Source: Candidatus Altimarinota bacterium
Lineage (GTDB): Bacteria; Patescibacteriota; Gracilibacteria; CAIRYL01; GCA-016699755
Direction: 5' to 3'
NCBI GenBank assembly: GCA_963664295.1
Contig: OY760935.1
Coordinates: 128,001 to 192,000 of the forward strand
DNA length: 64,000 nucleotides
The notes under the pieces are model-generated. The model searched no databases. It was not told where the DNA came from and saw nothing but the letters and a program-made list of their open reading frames with translations. Within the stretch, counting starts at the first letter, position 1; each line of letters starts with the position of its first letter. Below, in pieces: positions 1 through 8,306 of the stretch. Both the position numbers and the translations under genes were made by a program.

Positions 1-2
1 CC

Positions 3-419
3 TTAATTGGTGTTATTGGTGGATTTTTTCTTATTGGTTGGTCAATTTCTTTTCCAACGTTTATTGGTATTGTTTCTTTGTCAGGTATCGTGATCAACGA
101 TGCAATTGTGTTGATTGATCGAATTAGAGAAAACAGAAAGGAAGACATGCCCTTAAGAGAGTCAATTATAGATGCCGCACTCTCAAGAATGAAGCCTATA
201 TTTTTAACCTCATTAACAACTATTTTTGGTATTTTACCTTTAGCTTTAAGCGATCAAACTTGGGGTGGCTTAGGCTTTGCAATTGTCTTTGGTCTTGCTT
301 TTTCAACAATTCTTACCTTAATAGTAATTCCAAATCTTTATTACACATTTGAACACAGGGCAGAGGAAAGAAGATTAGCTAAAATACACCTTAGACAAAT
401 GCAAGAATTAAATAAATAA
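3..419 (+). CDS. RND (AcrB/AcrD/AcrF family) efflux permease, C-terminal part (starts before window)
   Basis: GIVINDAIVLID, RMKPIFLTSLTTIFGILPL and GLAFSTILTLIVIP match RND TM10-12; frame open from position 3. Confidence 0.9.
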   Translation, partial: LIGVIGGFFLIGWSISFPTFIGIVSLSGIVINDAIVLIDRIRENRKEDMPLRESIIDAALSRMKPIFLTSLTTIFGILPLALSDQTWGGLGFAIVFGLAFSTILTLIVIPNLYYTFEHRAEERRLAKIHLRQMQELNK

Positions 420-420
420 T

Positions 421-1110
421 TTAATTTATTAAGTTTTTTTCTATTTTTTTAATTTCTTCAATGGTCAGTTGTCCAGGAGCTGTTTTTTCGCTTGCCTCAA
501 TAGGCGCAAAAGTAAATTCACCATTAAAATAAACAGGAATTAAAAATCTACTTGGCTTACCAATATCACTCATTAAAATTGTGATGTGTTTAATTTTTTT
601 ACGATCAAGATTTTCTGCAAGACGCAGAATTGTAATTAAATCTTTTTTATCCTTTGGTGTGCAGGCTATTTTTACAATATCCGCTCCTTTTTTGAGCATG
701 TTTTTTACAAGATTAAGCAAGGCAGGAAGAGGAGGGGTATTATTCCAATAATGATGAGAAATAATTAACTGAGATTTGCCTTTTTTGTTTACTAATTCAG
801 CAATTACCTGATCAGAACTTTCAAAAGCAATATCAATATATTCTGCACCCAATTCTACTGTTTTTAGTAAAATGTCCACTTTTTCCCTGTCTGTTCCTCT
901 AAAAGCACCTTTTTCTTTTTCGTTTTTGAGATTAAAAACCAAAGGAAGTTTTTTGTTTTTAAAAATTGTTTCCAAATCGAGGTTTTTAATTTCACTAAGC
1001 CAGATTTCTTGTAAATCAGCGCCTTTTTCAGCACTTTTTTGCATTTTTTCAAGTACTTTATCCGTTGTTTTTTCTGTTATTGGAACGCAGATTTTAATTT
1101 TTTTCATCAC
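421..1110 (-). CDS. aroD: type I 3-dehydroquinate dehydratase (divergent)
   Basis: IISHH (catalytic His), ADIVKIA (Schiff-base Lys), GKPSR and TAPGQL motifs. Confidence 0.85.
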   Translation of the reverse strand: MMKKIKICVPITEKTTDKVLEKMQKSAEKGADLQEIWLSEIKNLDLETIFKNKKLPLVFNLKNEKEKGAFRGTDREKVDILLKTVELGAEYIDIAFESSDQVIAELVNKKGKSQLIISHHYWNNTPPLPALLNLVKNMLKKGADIVKIACTPKDKKDLITILRLAENLDRKKIKHITILMSDIGKPSRFLIPVYFNGEFTFAPIEASEKTAPGQLTIEEIKKIEKNLIN

Positions 1111-1213
1111 AAAATAATTATCATTAAAATACTAACTTTTTTATATCTAAAAGGCAATTAAAACCTTGTATTCAAGGCTTTTTTATGAGATAATTGATAG
1201 ATAGAAAATACAA

Positions 1214-2854
1214 ATGAAAGTTCCAGGAATACTTCAAAAAACAAACATTAGAAATAAGCGCTCTTTGCTTATATATGTATCTGCGTTCTTTTTTATGTTC
1301 GCTTATACTATCTTAGCATTTTCAATAGCTAGCTTTTTAATGCATAGGTTTCCGGAAAATCCCAATGCAATCATGTTCGTAGGTATGATTTTAGGAATAT
1401 CTAGTTTTTTAGCCATTTTTGTTGACTCTTTTTGGGCTTATTTGCAAAAAATAAAACCACCAAGAGTGTTAACACTATGGGCATTAGTAGGCTTAATTTT
1501 TACAGTCTCAATTTTCTTTTTTGCAAATTTGGGTGAGATGTTTTATCCGCTTAAATGGGCAATTTTTACTTTTATGGCTGCTTTTTTATATGGCTGGAGC
1601 ATGGATTTATATGATGTCACAGTAGTGACAACCATAATCTCACGTTCAGACAACAGCAAGCTTGCTCAAAGTATTTCTCAAAAAAAAGTAGCAGAAGCAT
1701 TGGGTATGGTCTCTGGCATTTTAATAGCTAGTTTTTTGGTTAGTTTTGGCAGTGAATCTTTTACACAATTTGTACTTTTAATTTTTCTTATCTTTGTTTT
1801 TGTGTTTTTCTATCATCATTTTGACAAAGAAGAATACGAATCAGAAAAACTTGAATTTGCTGAATACACATTTGTTGATTGGAAAACAATTTTTGCCAAT
1901 ATCTCTGACAAAGAAAGAGTAAATCAAGAACTTGCGCAAACTCCTGATAAACTGAAAAATTCAGTAGTAGAGTTAGCAGAAAAAACAGGCACAGCATTAA
2001 AAAATTTGCCAGGAGAAGCATATGATTTAGGGAAAGATGTACTCGAGGCTTCTCGTAGACAACTTGTAGAAATATTAGCTAAAGAAGGTGAAATAATCCA
2101 AAGAGAGGGCGTAGAAAGGGGTAAATTTTCTTTTCCTGAGATGGTTTCCGAAATTAAAAGTAATTTTGGTGATTTTATTAAAATTTTTAATTTTAAAAAC
2201 TTAAGCATTCCTCTTTTATGGGTTTGCGCTTGTGTAATGTTATTTTCCTTTTGGGACACAATGGTAGTCACTTATCAGCCATTATTTTTGCAAGAATTTG
2301 GCAGAAATAACGCAATAGTTAGTGCAATTAGCGGTTTTTTGATTATTTTATTTATCTTTCCAGTTTTTGCTCTCCAAGTACCATTTTCTATGTTGGCAGA
2401 CAGGGTAGGTAGAGAAAAAATGGTTATTTTAGGTTTGATAATTTCTGGCACAGCAGTAATTGTGCTCAGCACAACAACCAGTCTTTGGATATTAATTATT
2501 GCTGGTATATGTGGAGGAGCAGGTTATGCAGCCGCTTTTGCGCCTGCTCAGGCTATGTTTGTTGATGAATTCAATAAAGCTCGTGGCATTGATGGAGATA
2601 AAAATTCCGAAAAAAGCGCTGGATCGCTAAGATTGACTCTCAATACAGGTAATATTTTTGGTCAATTTCTAGGAGGAGCTGTTTTTGCTTCTTTTGGTTT
2701 TGCCGGAGGATTTTTAGTATTTGGTCTTATTTTTGCTGTTTTATCAGTCACTTCTTTGGTTTTTTATTTTAAAATAAGACCGCAAAAAGAAGAAAAATCA
2801 AACTTAAATACCGAAATAAAAACAAAATCAGAAACTGAAGCCATAGAAAATTAA
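1214..2854 (+). CDS. MFS transporter with enlarged central loop
   Basis: about 12 TM segments in two halves; motif A-like SMLADRVGRE. Confidence 0.85.
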   Translation: MKVPGILQKTNIRNKRSLLIYVSAFFFMFAYTILAFSIASFLMHRFPENPNAIMFVGMILGISSFLAIFVDSFWAYLQKIKPPRVLTLWALVGLIFTVSIFFFANLGEMFYPLKWAIFTFMAAFLYGWSMDLYDVTVVTTIISRSDNSKLAQSISQKKVAEALGMVSGILIASFLVSFGSESFTQFVLLIFLIFVFVFFYHHFDKEEYESEKLEFAEYTFVDWKTIFANISDKERVNQELAQTPDKLKNSVVELAEKTGTALKNLPGEAYDLGKDVLEASRRQLVEILAKEGEIIQREGVERGKFSFPEMVSEIKSNFGDFIKIFNFKNLSIPLLWVCACVMLFSFWDTMVVTYQPLFLQEFGRNNAIVSAISGFLIILFIFPVFALQVPFSMLADRVGREKMVILGLIISGTAVIVLSTTTSLWILIIAGICGGAGYAAAFAPAQAMFVDEFNKARGIDGDKNSEKSAGSLRLTLNTGNIFGQFLGGAVFASFGFAGGFLVFGLIFAVLSVTSLVFYFKIRPQKEEKSNLNTEIKTKSETEAIEN

Positions 2855-2897
2855 AAAAAAACACACCAATACAAATTAAGTATATTAGTGTGTTTTT
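2855..2897. terminator. bidirectional intrinsic terminator
   Basis: AAAAAAACACAC...GTGTGTTTTT imperfect hairpin between convergent genes. Confidence 0.6.
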
Positions 2898-2915
2898 AAG
2901 CGTGAATTAAAAAAA

Positions 2916-3335
2916 TTACTCACCAAGAGACATTTGAAGGTCTCTTTCATGCTCTTCTTCGTCAGCAAGAATTTGGCGCAAAACCTGAGTTAGGCCATAT
3001 AAACCAAGCTCTTCAGATTGTTTAACTCTTTCTGAATAATTTTTGATTGCTGCTCTTTCGCCAGCAATATCCTGTTCAAGCATTTCGCGAGAGTCAGTAG
3101 ATGTCCAGCGCTTAGAAACATCAACAGAAGGTACACCACCCAAATAAGCAACTTGCTCAGAAAGTAAAATGGCATGACCCATTTCTTCATTGGCATGCAC
3201 AACAAGTTCTTTTTGGATAGATTGATATTCAGCACCAGTAATAACAGAAGCATGCTGAACATATTGAATAGCAGCTCCGTATTCATCTTCAATGTCCTTA
3301 TTAAGGAGATTGATCAATTCTTCTTTTGTAATCAT
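2916..3335 (-). CDS. ferritin-like (bacterioferritin-type) di-iron protein
   Basis: DEYGAAIQY, EEMGH, GERAAI and DEEEH di-iron ligand pattern. Confidence 0.85.
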   Translation of the reverse strand: MITKEELINLLNKDIEDEYGAAIQYVQHASVITGAEYQSIQKELVVHANEEMGHAILLSEQVAYLGGVPSVDVSKRWTSTDSREMLEQDIAGERAAIKNYSERVKQSEELGLYGLTQVLRQILADEEEHERDLQMSLGE

Positions 3336-3406
3336 GTTTTTTTAAAAAAGGCAAAAATTATTTTCTCTTTCTTAAGAAGAAAATTCAAGTACTTATATAT
3401 TTTCTA

Positions 3407-3434
3407 TTGACAAAATATTTAAATATGTTAAAAT
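3407..3434 (+). promoter_or_regulatory. sigma70-type promoter
   Basis: TTGACA-16nt-TAAAAT with a TG extended -10, just upstream of ATG 3457. Confidence 0.6.
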
Positions 3435-3456
3435 ATTATCCTTTTTAAAAATAACC

Positions 3457-3864
3457 ATGAAAAAGGCATTACAACCAGCTTATCATGAAAATGGTCAGCC
3501 AGTACAATACCGACAAGAATCAGATTTTTCTCTTGAAAAAAGCATAAGACTTTCTGCTACAGAAGTCAGCAATGATGTTCTTGATTCAGGCGTCTTAATT
3601 GACACAATTTCATCTGATACGGATATTCAACGTCATCAGGAAAGAATTATGCAAATTACAGCAGAAGCAGATGCAATGCGCAATGCTGGCACATTAGAAG
3701 TGAGCAATAAAGAACTATTTGCAGATTTGATTTCTGCAAGAGAAGTTTTAGCAAAAACAGATCCTATTAAATTTGCACAAGCAAAAGCGCAAGCAGATGT
3801 ATTAAGTCGCATTCTAGAGCCAATTGAAGGAGAGAGAGAAGTAGAGTCAAGAATTATACACTAA
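3457..3864 (+). CDS. hypothetical protein
   Basis: 135-aa ORF with its own promoter; no recognisable motif. Confidence 0.7.
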   Translation: MKKALQPAYHENGQPVQYRQESDFSLEKSIRLSATEVSNDVLDSGVLIDTISSDTDIQRHQERIMQITAEADAMRNAGTLEVSNKELFADLISAREVLAKTDPIKFAQAKAQADVLSRILEPIEGEREVESRIIH

Positions 3865-3880
3865 AAAAATATTAAAAAAT

Positions 3881-3931
3881 TTGACAAAATAAATCATAAG
3901 AGTATTATGGGAAATGTCCCATAATACTCTT
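3881..3931 (+). promoter_or_regulatory. promoter overlapped by a 15-bp perfect inverted repeat (likely operator)
   Basis: TTGACA at 3881, TATTAT at 3903; AAGAGTATTATGGGA-AATG-TCCCATAATACTCTT at 3898-3931. Confidence 0.7.
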
Positions 3932-3933
3932 TT

Positions 3934-4389
3934 ATGCCTAGACAAAGAAAAAGAAGACACATCAGAGGCTGTATAAGATCAAATTTTTTCAAACCACAAG
4001 CAGTGCCAATCTCAAAATTGGAAATAATCACCTTAGAAATTGATGAAGTAGAAGCAATAAGATTAACAGAATATGAAAAAATGCCCCTACGCGAAGCATC
4101 AGAGCAAATGCAAATTTCAAAATCCACATTACATAGAATATTAGAACAAGCTCAATTTAAGGTAGCAGACGCACTTATTAACGGCAAGGCGATAAAAATC
4201 GCCAATAAAAATATTTTTTCAAATTTTACCCCCAATAACATGCCAAACAAAGACGGCACAGGACCAGACGGAAAAGGTCCAAGAACCGGCAGAGGAATGG
4301 GCACTTGCCCACCTGTCGAAGGGCAATCTTCAGGCCAAGCTCCAAGAAGAGGCTGTGGCAGAAGACCAAGACAAAATAGAGGGGAATAA
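3934..4389 (+). CDS. DUF134-family HTH protein with C-terminal DUF5320-like Gly/Arg-rich tail
   Basis: MPRQRKRR...FKP, EVEAIRL, ASEQMQISKSTLHRIL, KVADALINGKAI; tail MPNKDGTGPDGKGPRTGRGMGTC. Confidence 0.85.
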   Translation: MPRQRKRRHIRGCIRSNFFKPQAVPISKLEIITLEIDEVEAIRLTEYEKMPLREASEQMQISKSTLHRILEQAQFKVADALINGKAIKIANKNIFSNFTPNNMPNKDGTGPDGKGPRTGRGMGTCPPVEGQSSGQAPRRGCGRRPRQNRGE

Positions 4390-4402
4390 CCCCCTCTATT
4401 TT
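4373..4402. terminator. bidirectional intrinsic terminator
   Basis: AAAATAGAGGGG-loop-CCCCTCTATTTT between convergent genes. Confidence 0.75.
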
Positions 4403-4414
4403 TATGCGGAATAA

Positions 4415-4849
4415 TTATTCACTAAGCTCAACTTTTTCAAGCCAAGACAAAGGCAAAGACATAACACAATCTTCCTCTTGATCTAGTGGTTTTAAGACAG
4501 CATTAACACTAGAAGAAAAATTTTGCGTATATGTTGCTAAAATTGTTTTTAAATTAGTAATTATATGAATTTTCCCTTCTAGTAAGTCTTGAAGTTGTGT
4601 AATAATTTTTAAAGTTTCATCTCTTGATTGAATATTTGTTTGTAGGCTATTTTGCACTAAGTCATCTGAATTTTGTCGACGACCCATGTTTTCGAGTTCT
4701 TCTAGGAATTCTAATGTTTTATTAAGCCTTTTTCTTAATTCTTCAACTTCTTGCTTAATAAAATGTTTGCCTTCTTCATTAGCCAAACAAACTTTGTCAC
4801 CAATTTGTAACTTGCTAGATTTTTCTTGAGGATGATCTATTTTTTGCAT
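4415..4849 (-). CDS. hypothetical protein (KOW-like start plus coiled coil)
   Basis: 144-aa ORF; LQIGDKV followed by heptad-rich helices. Confidence 0.65.
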   Translation of the reverse strand: MQKIDHPQEKSSKLQIGDKVCLANEEGKHFIKQEVEELRKRLNKTLEFLEELENMGRRQNSDDLVQNSLQTNIQSRDETLKIITQLQDLLEGKIHIITNLKTILATYTQNFSSSVNAVLKPLDQEEDCVMSLPLSWLEKVELSE

Positions 4850-4902
4850 TTTTTAGCTTAAAAAGTATATAATCATGCTAAAATTTATTAAATTTGTCAA
4901 AT

Positions 4903-5508
4903 TTAAAATACAAAAAGCATATTTAAGCTACTATAAGTAGCCTTAATAGCGAAAACAATTAAAAGTAAAGCAAAAAACTTAAAAACATAAGGTACAAATT
5001 TTTCCTTAGTAAGCAAAGGGCGAAATCGAGCAAAAACAAAAGCCCAAAATAAATTTGCCAAAAGCCAACCGAGCTGAAAGAAAAACAAAAAAATTAAATA
5101 ACCAAAAGTATATTTTTCAGTGAGCAAAAAAGCCTGCGGAACACCAACAGTAAGCCAAAAAATCCACAAAGGACCATTAAAAACAGTAATTAAAATAATT
5201 TTATTAAGAGTAAAAATACTTTTTTGATTATTTTCAATTTTTTTAATTCGCCAAACCTGACTAGCCAGCCAAACAAGAACAGCCGAACCAGCAAGAGAAA
5301 GTAAATAAAAAAACTCAGCAGGTATATTTAAGTTAAAAATCACAGCAAAAATACCAAAAGCCAAAACACTTTCAGTAAGCATAGCAATAAAAATAATACG
5401 CAAGCTTTTTTTAAAGCCACCTGCCAAAACTTCTGTAAAAACAGAAGTTAAAATAGGGCCAGGAATAGACCCGCCAACAATGCCTAGTCCAACAGGAGTT
5501 AAAATCAT
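4903..5508 (-). CDS. LysE-family translocator
   Basis: N-terminal IPGP, 6 TM segments, NGPLWIFW matching the LysE NP..W pattern. Confidence 0.8.
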   Translation of the reverse strand: MILTPVGLGIVGGSIPGPILTSVFTEVLAGGFKKSLRIIFIAMLTESVLAFGIFAVIFNLNIPAEFFYLLSLAGSAVLVWLASQVWRIKKIENNQKSIFTLNKIILITVFNGPLWIFWLTVGVPQAFLLTEKYTFGYLIFLFFFQLGWLLANLFWAFVFARFRPLLTKEKFVPYVFKFFALLLIVFAIKATYSSLNMLFVF

Positions 5509-5553
5509 AAAATTATTCTAACAATTTTATTGTAGTTTACATAAAAATTTTAC

Positions 5554-5602
5554 TTGACATTTATGTTATATATATCTAACATAATGTTAGATTTAATTAA
5601 CA
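5554..5602 (+). promoter_or_regulatory. promoter with two tandem palindromic operators
   Basis: TTGACA at 5554; TGTTA-N8-TAACA at 5564-5581 and 5585-5602. Confidence 0.65.
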
Positions 5603-5606
5603 TAAT

Positions 5607-5996
5607 ATGAAAAAATTATCACAAAGAAAATATATACTTTATAGACTATTACTTATAATAACTCTTAGTGTAACAGTTGGTGCGTTTGTTTCTGTTGGGA
5701 ATTATATAATTCCCTTAGTTTCTTTCTGTGTAGTTATGTTGGCCATGTGGAGACTGAAAAAGAACACAGCAATACAATTCACGGACGAACGAGTGGAAAA
5801 AATCGGAGGTATAGCCGCAAGATACACATTATCTATCTTGCTTTTGTTTTTAGTTTTTATAGGTATTCCTTTAATTGCTTTAGGGAAAAATAGTCCAACT
5901 TTTTATTTTGTGGGCAATTTGGTAAATTTTATCGCAATGGGATCCTTGCTTTGTTACGCATTTATTTTTCATTTTTTAAATAAAAAAGGAGAATGA
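5607..5996 (+). CDS. DUF2178-like membrane protein
   Basis: 4 TM segments with central DER...IAA motif; paired with an XRE regulator. Confidence 0.75.
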   Translation: MKKLSQRKYILYRLLLIITLSVTVGAFVSVGNYIIPLVSFCVVMLAMWRLKKNTAIQFTDERVEKIGGIAARYTLSILLLFLVFIGIPLIALGKNSPTFYFVGNLVNFIAMGSLLCYAFIFHFLNKKGE

Positions 5997-6187
5997 AAAC
6001 CAAGCTTAGAGAATATCGTGTGCAAAAAAATCTCACCCAAGCAGAATTAGCAGAAGCTATTGGCGTACGACGAGAAACCATTGTTTTTTTAGAGCAAGGA
6101 AAATATAACCCTTCTTTACGTCTTGCATATGATCTTGCAAAATTTTTTAATGTAGCAATAGAAGATTTATTCCAATTTGGAGATTAA
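5993..6187 (+). CDS. XRE/Cro-family HTH regulator
   Basis: [29 protein letters not shown]; ATGA overlap with upstream gene. Confidence 0.92.
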   Translation: MKTKLREYRVQKNLTQAELAEAIGVRRETIVFLEQGKYNPSLRLAYDLAKFFNVAIEDLFQFGD

Positions 6188-6192
6188 ATAAC

Positions 6193-6567
6193 TTATTCCA
6201 AAATAACTTTTTTAGACAAGTTTTTAAGTTGCAGTTTGTATTCACCTTTTTTTAGATTACAGATTTTGCCTTTTAATCCATGCATTCCTAGGCTATCCAT
6301 GCAGTCAGTTGGATTTTTAATTTTAATTTTTATTAAATTATCACTAAATTCCGCGTCATATTCATAAGTACAATTTTGTTCCTGCCTGTTTATTTCAAAA
6401 ACAATACAATTTTCTTCTATAGAAGTATTAAAAAAAGTTTCATTATTATCAAAATGTGCAAACTCATATTCAAAACTAGGAGTTTTTGATTTTTTAGTTA
6501 TTTTTGTGCCTCCTCCACAGGCTGATAAAAACAATACTAGTGTTAGTAAAATAATTTTTTTATGCAT
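6193..6567 (-). CDS. lipoprotein, unknown function
   Basis: MHKKIILLTLVLFLSA-C lipobox from ATG 6567. Confidence 0.7.
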   Translation of the reverse strand: MHKKIILLTLVLFLSACGGGTKITKKSKTPSFEYEFAHFDNNETFFNTSIEENCIVFEINRQEQNCTYEYDAEFSDNLIKIKIKNPTDCMDSLGMHGLKGKICNLKKGEYKLQLKNLSKKVILE

Positions 6568-6583
6568 GAGCTTTAAAAATATA

Positions 6584-6988
6584 TTATTTGAATAATTTTT
6601 TCGTTTGTGTTGAAAAATCTGCAAAGTCAAAAGTGACAACAGCTATCCAAAAAAGCGCTAAAGATAGCCTAAAAACAAAAACATTACCGATCATTAAAAC
6701 AAGAAGTATATCGAGTATAATAAACAACATTCCAACCACAAGCATTGAGAAAAAAGTAGTCACATGACCCCACCACAAAGATTGCTTGTCTATTATGTTT
6801 TTATAACTATAAATAAAATTCGATGTGATTGGTGCTATGACAATTAAGCCCACAAACAATAAAAGAGTATCCAGTCTTTCAGTTGGCATTTTTGACACCT
6901 CTTTTGCAGTAATAAGGTAAAACAAAATCAGTAAAACATGTATCAAAATATTTTTTATTACTATATTTTTAATGCTTATTTTTTCCAT
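6584..6988 (-). CDS. hypothetical membrane protein
   Basis: 4 hydrophobic segments in 134 aa. Confidence 0.7.
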   Translation of the reverse strand: MEKISIKNIVIKNILIHVLLILFYLITAKEVSKMPTERLDTLLLFVGLIVIAPITSNFIYSYKNIIDKQSLWWGHVTTFFSMLVVGMLFIILDILLVLMIGNVFVFRLSLALFWIAVVTFDFADFSTQTKKLFK

Positions 6989-7052
6989 TTATTGCAAAAA
7001 CTTGATATTAAAACTATATCAGGGGTTTCGAGAGTGGACAAGGGGGGGATAA

Positions 7053-7334
7053 TTATTGATATGTTTTAATAAACTCATTTATTTTATATGATTCTATATT
7101 GGCTTTTTTTGCAACTTTATATTGCTGGTTGTCTTCAGTAAGAAGTATGCCTTTTTCTTGATGAGCTAAACAGACATAAATATAATCAGGTGGCTTTAGG
7201 TAGTCAATTTTGCTTTTTAAGCTATTTATCCAAAAAGCTTCATCTATTGAAAAAAATTTAGGCTCTAGGGCATTTTGTTTGGTTATATTTTGATTTAGGT
7301 TAAATATATTATTTACAAATAATTTCCCCTCCAC
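7053..7334 (-). pseudogene. PIN-domain (VapC-like) nuclease fragment, 5'-truncated
   Basis: DYIYVCLA...ILLTED matches the PIN C-terminal acidic motifs; the N-terminal catalytic Asp strand is absent and the ORF start lies in GC-rich repeat DNA. Confidence 0.6.
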
Positions 7335-7394
7335 TCCGCGCCCTCGTTATTCACTAGGTCGCTCCGCTCTGGGTCGTAATTCTCGCTAAGCACT

Positions 7395-8211
7395 TGGCGG
7401 GTGAGGTGGGGATCGAGTTTTTTGTTTCGGGTTTTGCTTCGCAAAAGCCCTCCACTGCAGACCGCACCCACGGGCTAATTAGATGGGCTCCCAACTCATA
7501 ATTAAAAACAATTTAAATACAACAAATAGCGAACGCTAGTGAGCGAGAGGGGTGAATTGGGCGGGCGTGTACCGCCCAAGAGGGGCGACGCTAGCCCCTT
7601 ATAATTGGCGGGTGAGGTGGGGATCGAGTTTTTTGTTTCGGGTTTTGCTTCGCAAAAGCCCTCCACTGCAGACCGCACCCACGGGCTAATTAGATGGCCG
7701 TGTGCTCGCTCCCAACTCAAAAAATATTTTCCAGCCAGCTTTGCTGACTAAAAAATATTTGGCGGGTGAGGTGGGGATCGAACCCACGGCCAATGGCTTA
7801 AGAGGCCACTGCTCTTAATTTATACCCAGCACAGCCCTAACGGGCTGTCCCGAGCTGGATATAATCCAGCTCTTACCTACGCCTCGCATCTGCTTGGTCG
7901 GTACATGCCCGCCCAAGCAGATGCTCGCGATCGCACCTTACGGTGCTCGGTAGAGCAGTGTCCTTAAGTTATCAGCCGAAGACTTAAATCCATTCACATT
8001 AAAAACCATTCCTGCTTTGCAGGACTGCTTTTTAATGGCGGGTGAGGTGGGGATCGAGTCTTTTGTTTCGGGTTTTGCTTCGCAAAAGCCCTCCACTGCA
8101 GACCGCACCCACGGGCTAATTAGATGGCCGTGTGCTCGCTCCCAACTCAAAAAATATTTTCCAGCCAGCTTTGCTGACTAAAAAATATTTGGCGGGTGAG
8201 GTGGGGATCGA
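7395..8211 (-). repeat. array of five tRNA-Lys 3'-end copies with structured spacers
   Basis: TGGCGGGTGAGGTGGGGATCGA at 7395, 7606, 7760, 8036 and 8190; 7606-7815 nearly identical to 8036-8245. Confidence 0.95.
7760..7815 (-). pseudogene. partial tRNA-Lys (3' 56 nt)
   Basis: identical to 8190-8245 (3' D-stem strand, anticodon arm, T arm, CCA) but lacks the 5' 19 nt. Confidence 0.85.
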
Positions 8212-8264
8212 ACCCACGGCCAATGGCTTAAGAGGCCACTGCTCTACCACTGAGCTACTCACCC
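8190..8264 (-). tRNA. tRNA-Lys (CTT)
   Basis: GGGTGAGTAGCTCAGTGGTAGAGCAGTGGCCTCTTAAGCCATTGGCCGTGGGTTCGATCCCCACCTCACCCGCCA folds as a full cloverleaf with encoded CCA. Confidence 0.97.
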
Positions 8265-8306
8265 AAGAGTAAAAAGACGAATTTTATTTTACCTTAATTC
8301 ATTTTT

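Noticed and set aside
7606-7730. Functional intron-containing tRNA genes
   Set aside because: Removing the 49-nt insert restores only the T arm and 3' acceptor strand; there is no proper 5' acceptor strand, D arm or anticodon arm
7502-8150. Duplicate ORFs MSWERAHGHL (7502-7720 and 7938-8150)
   Set aside because: They are chance translations of the repeated structured DNA, with TTG starts and unrelated C-termini
7395-8211. CRISPR array
   Set aside because: The repeat is the tRNA 3' end, the spacers are 130-250 bp and partly identical to each other, and there are no cas genes
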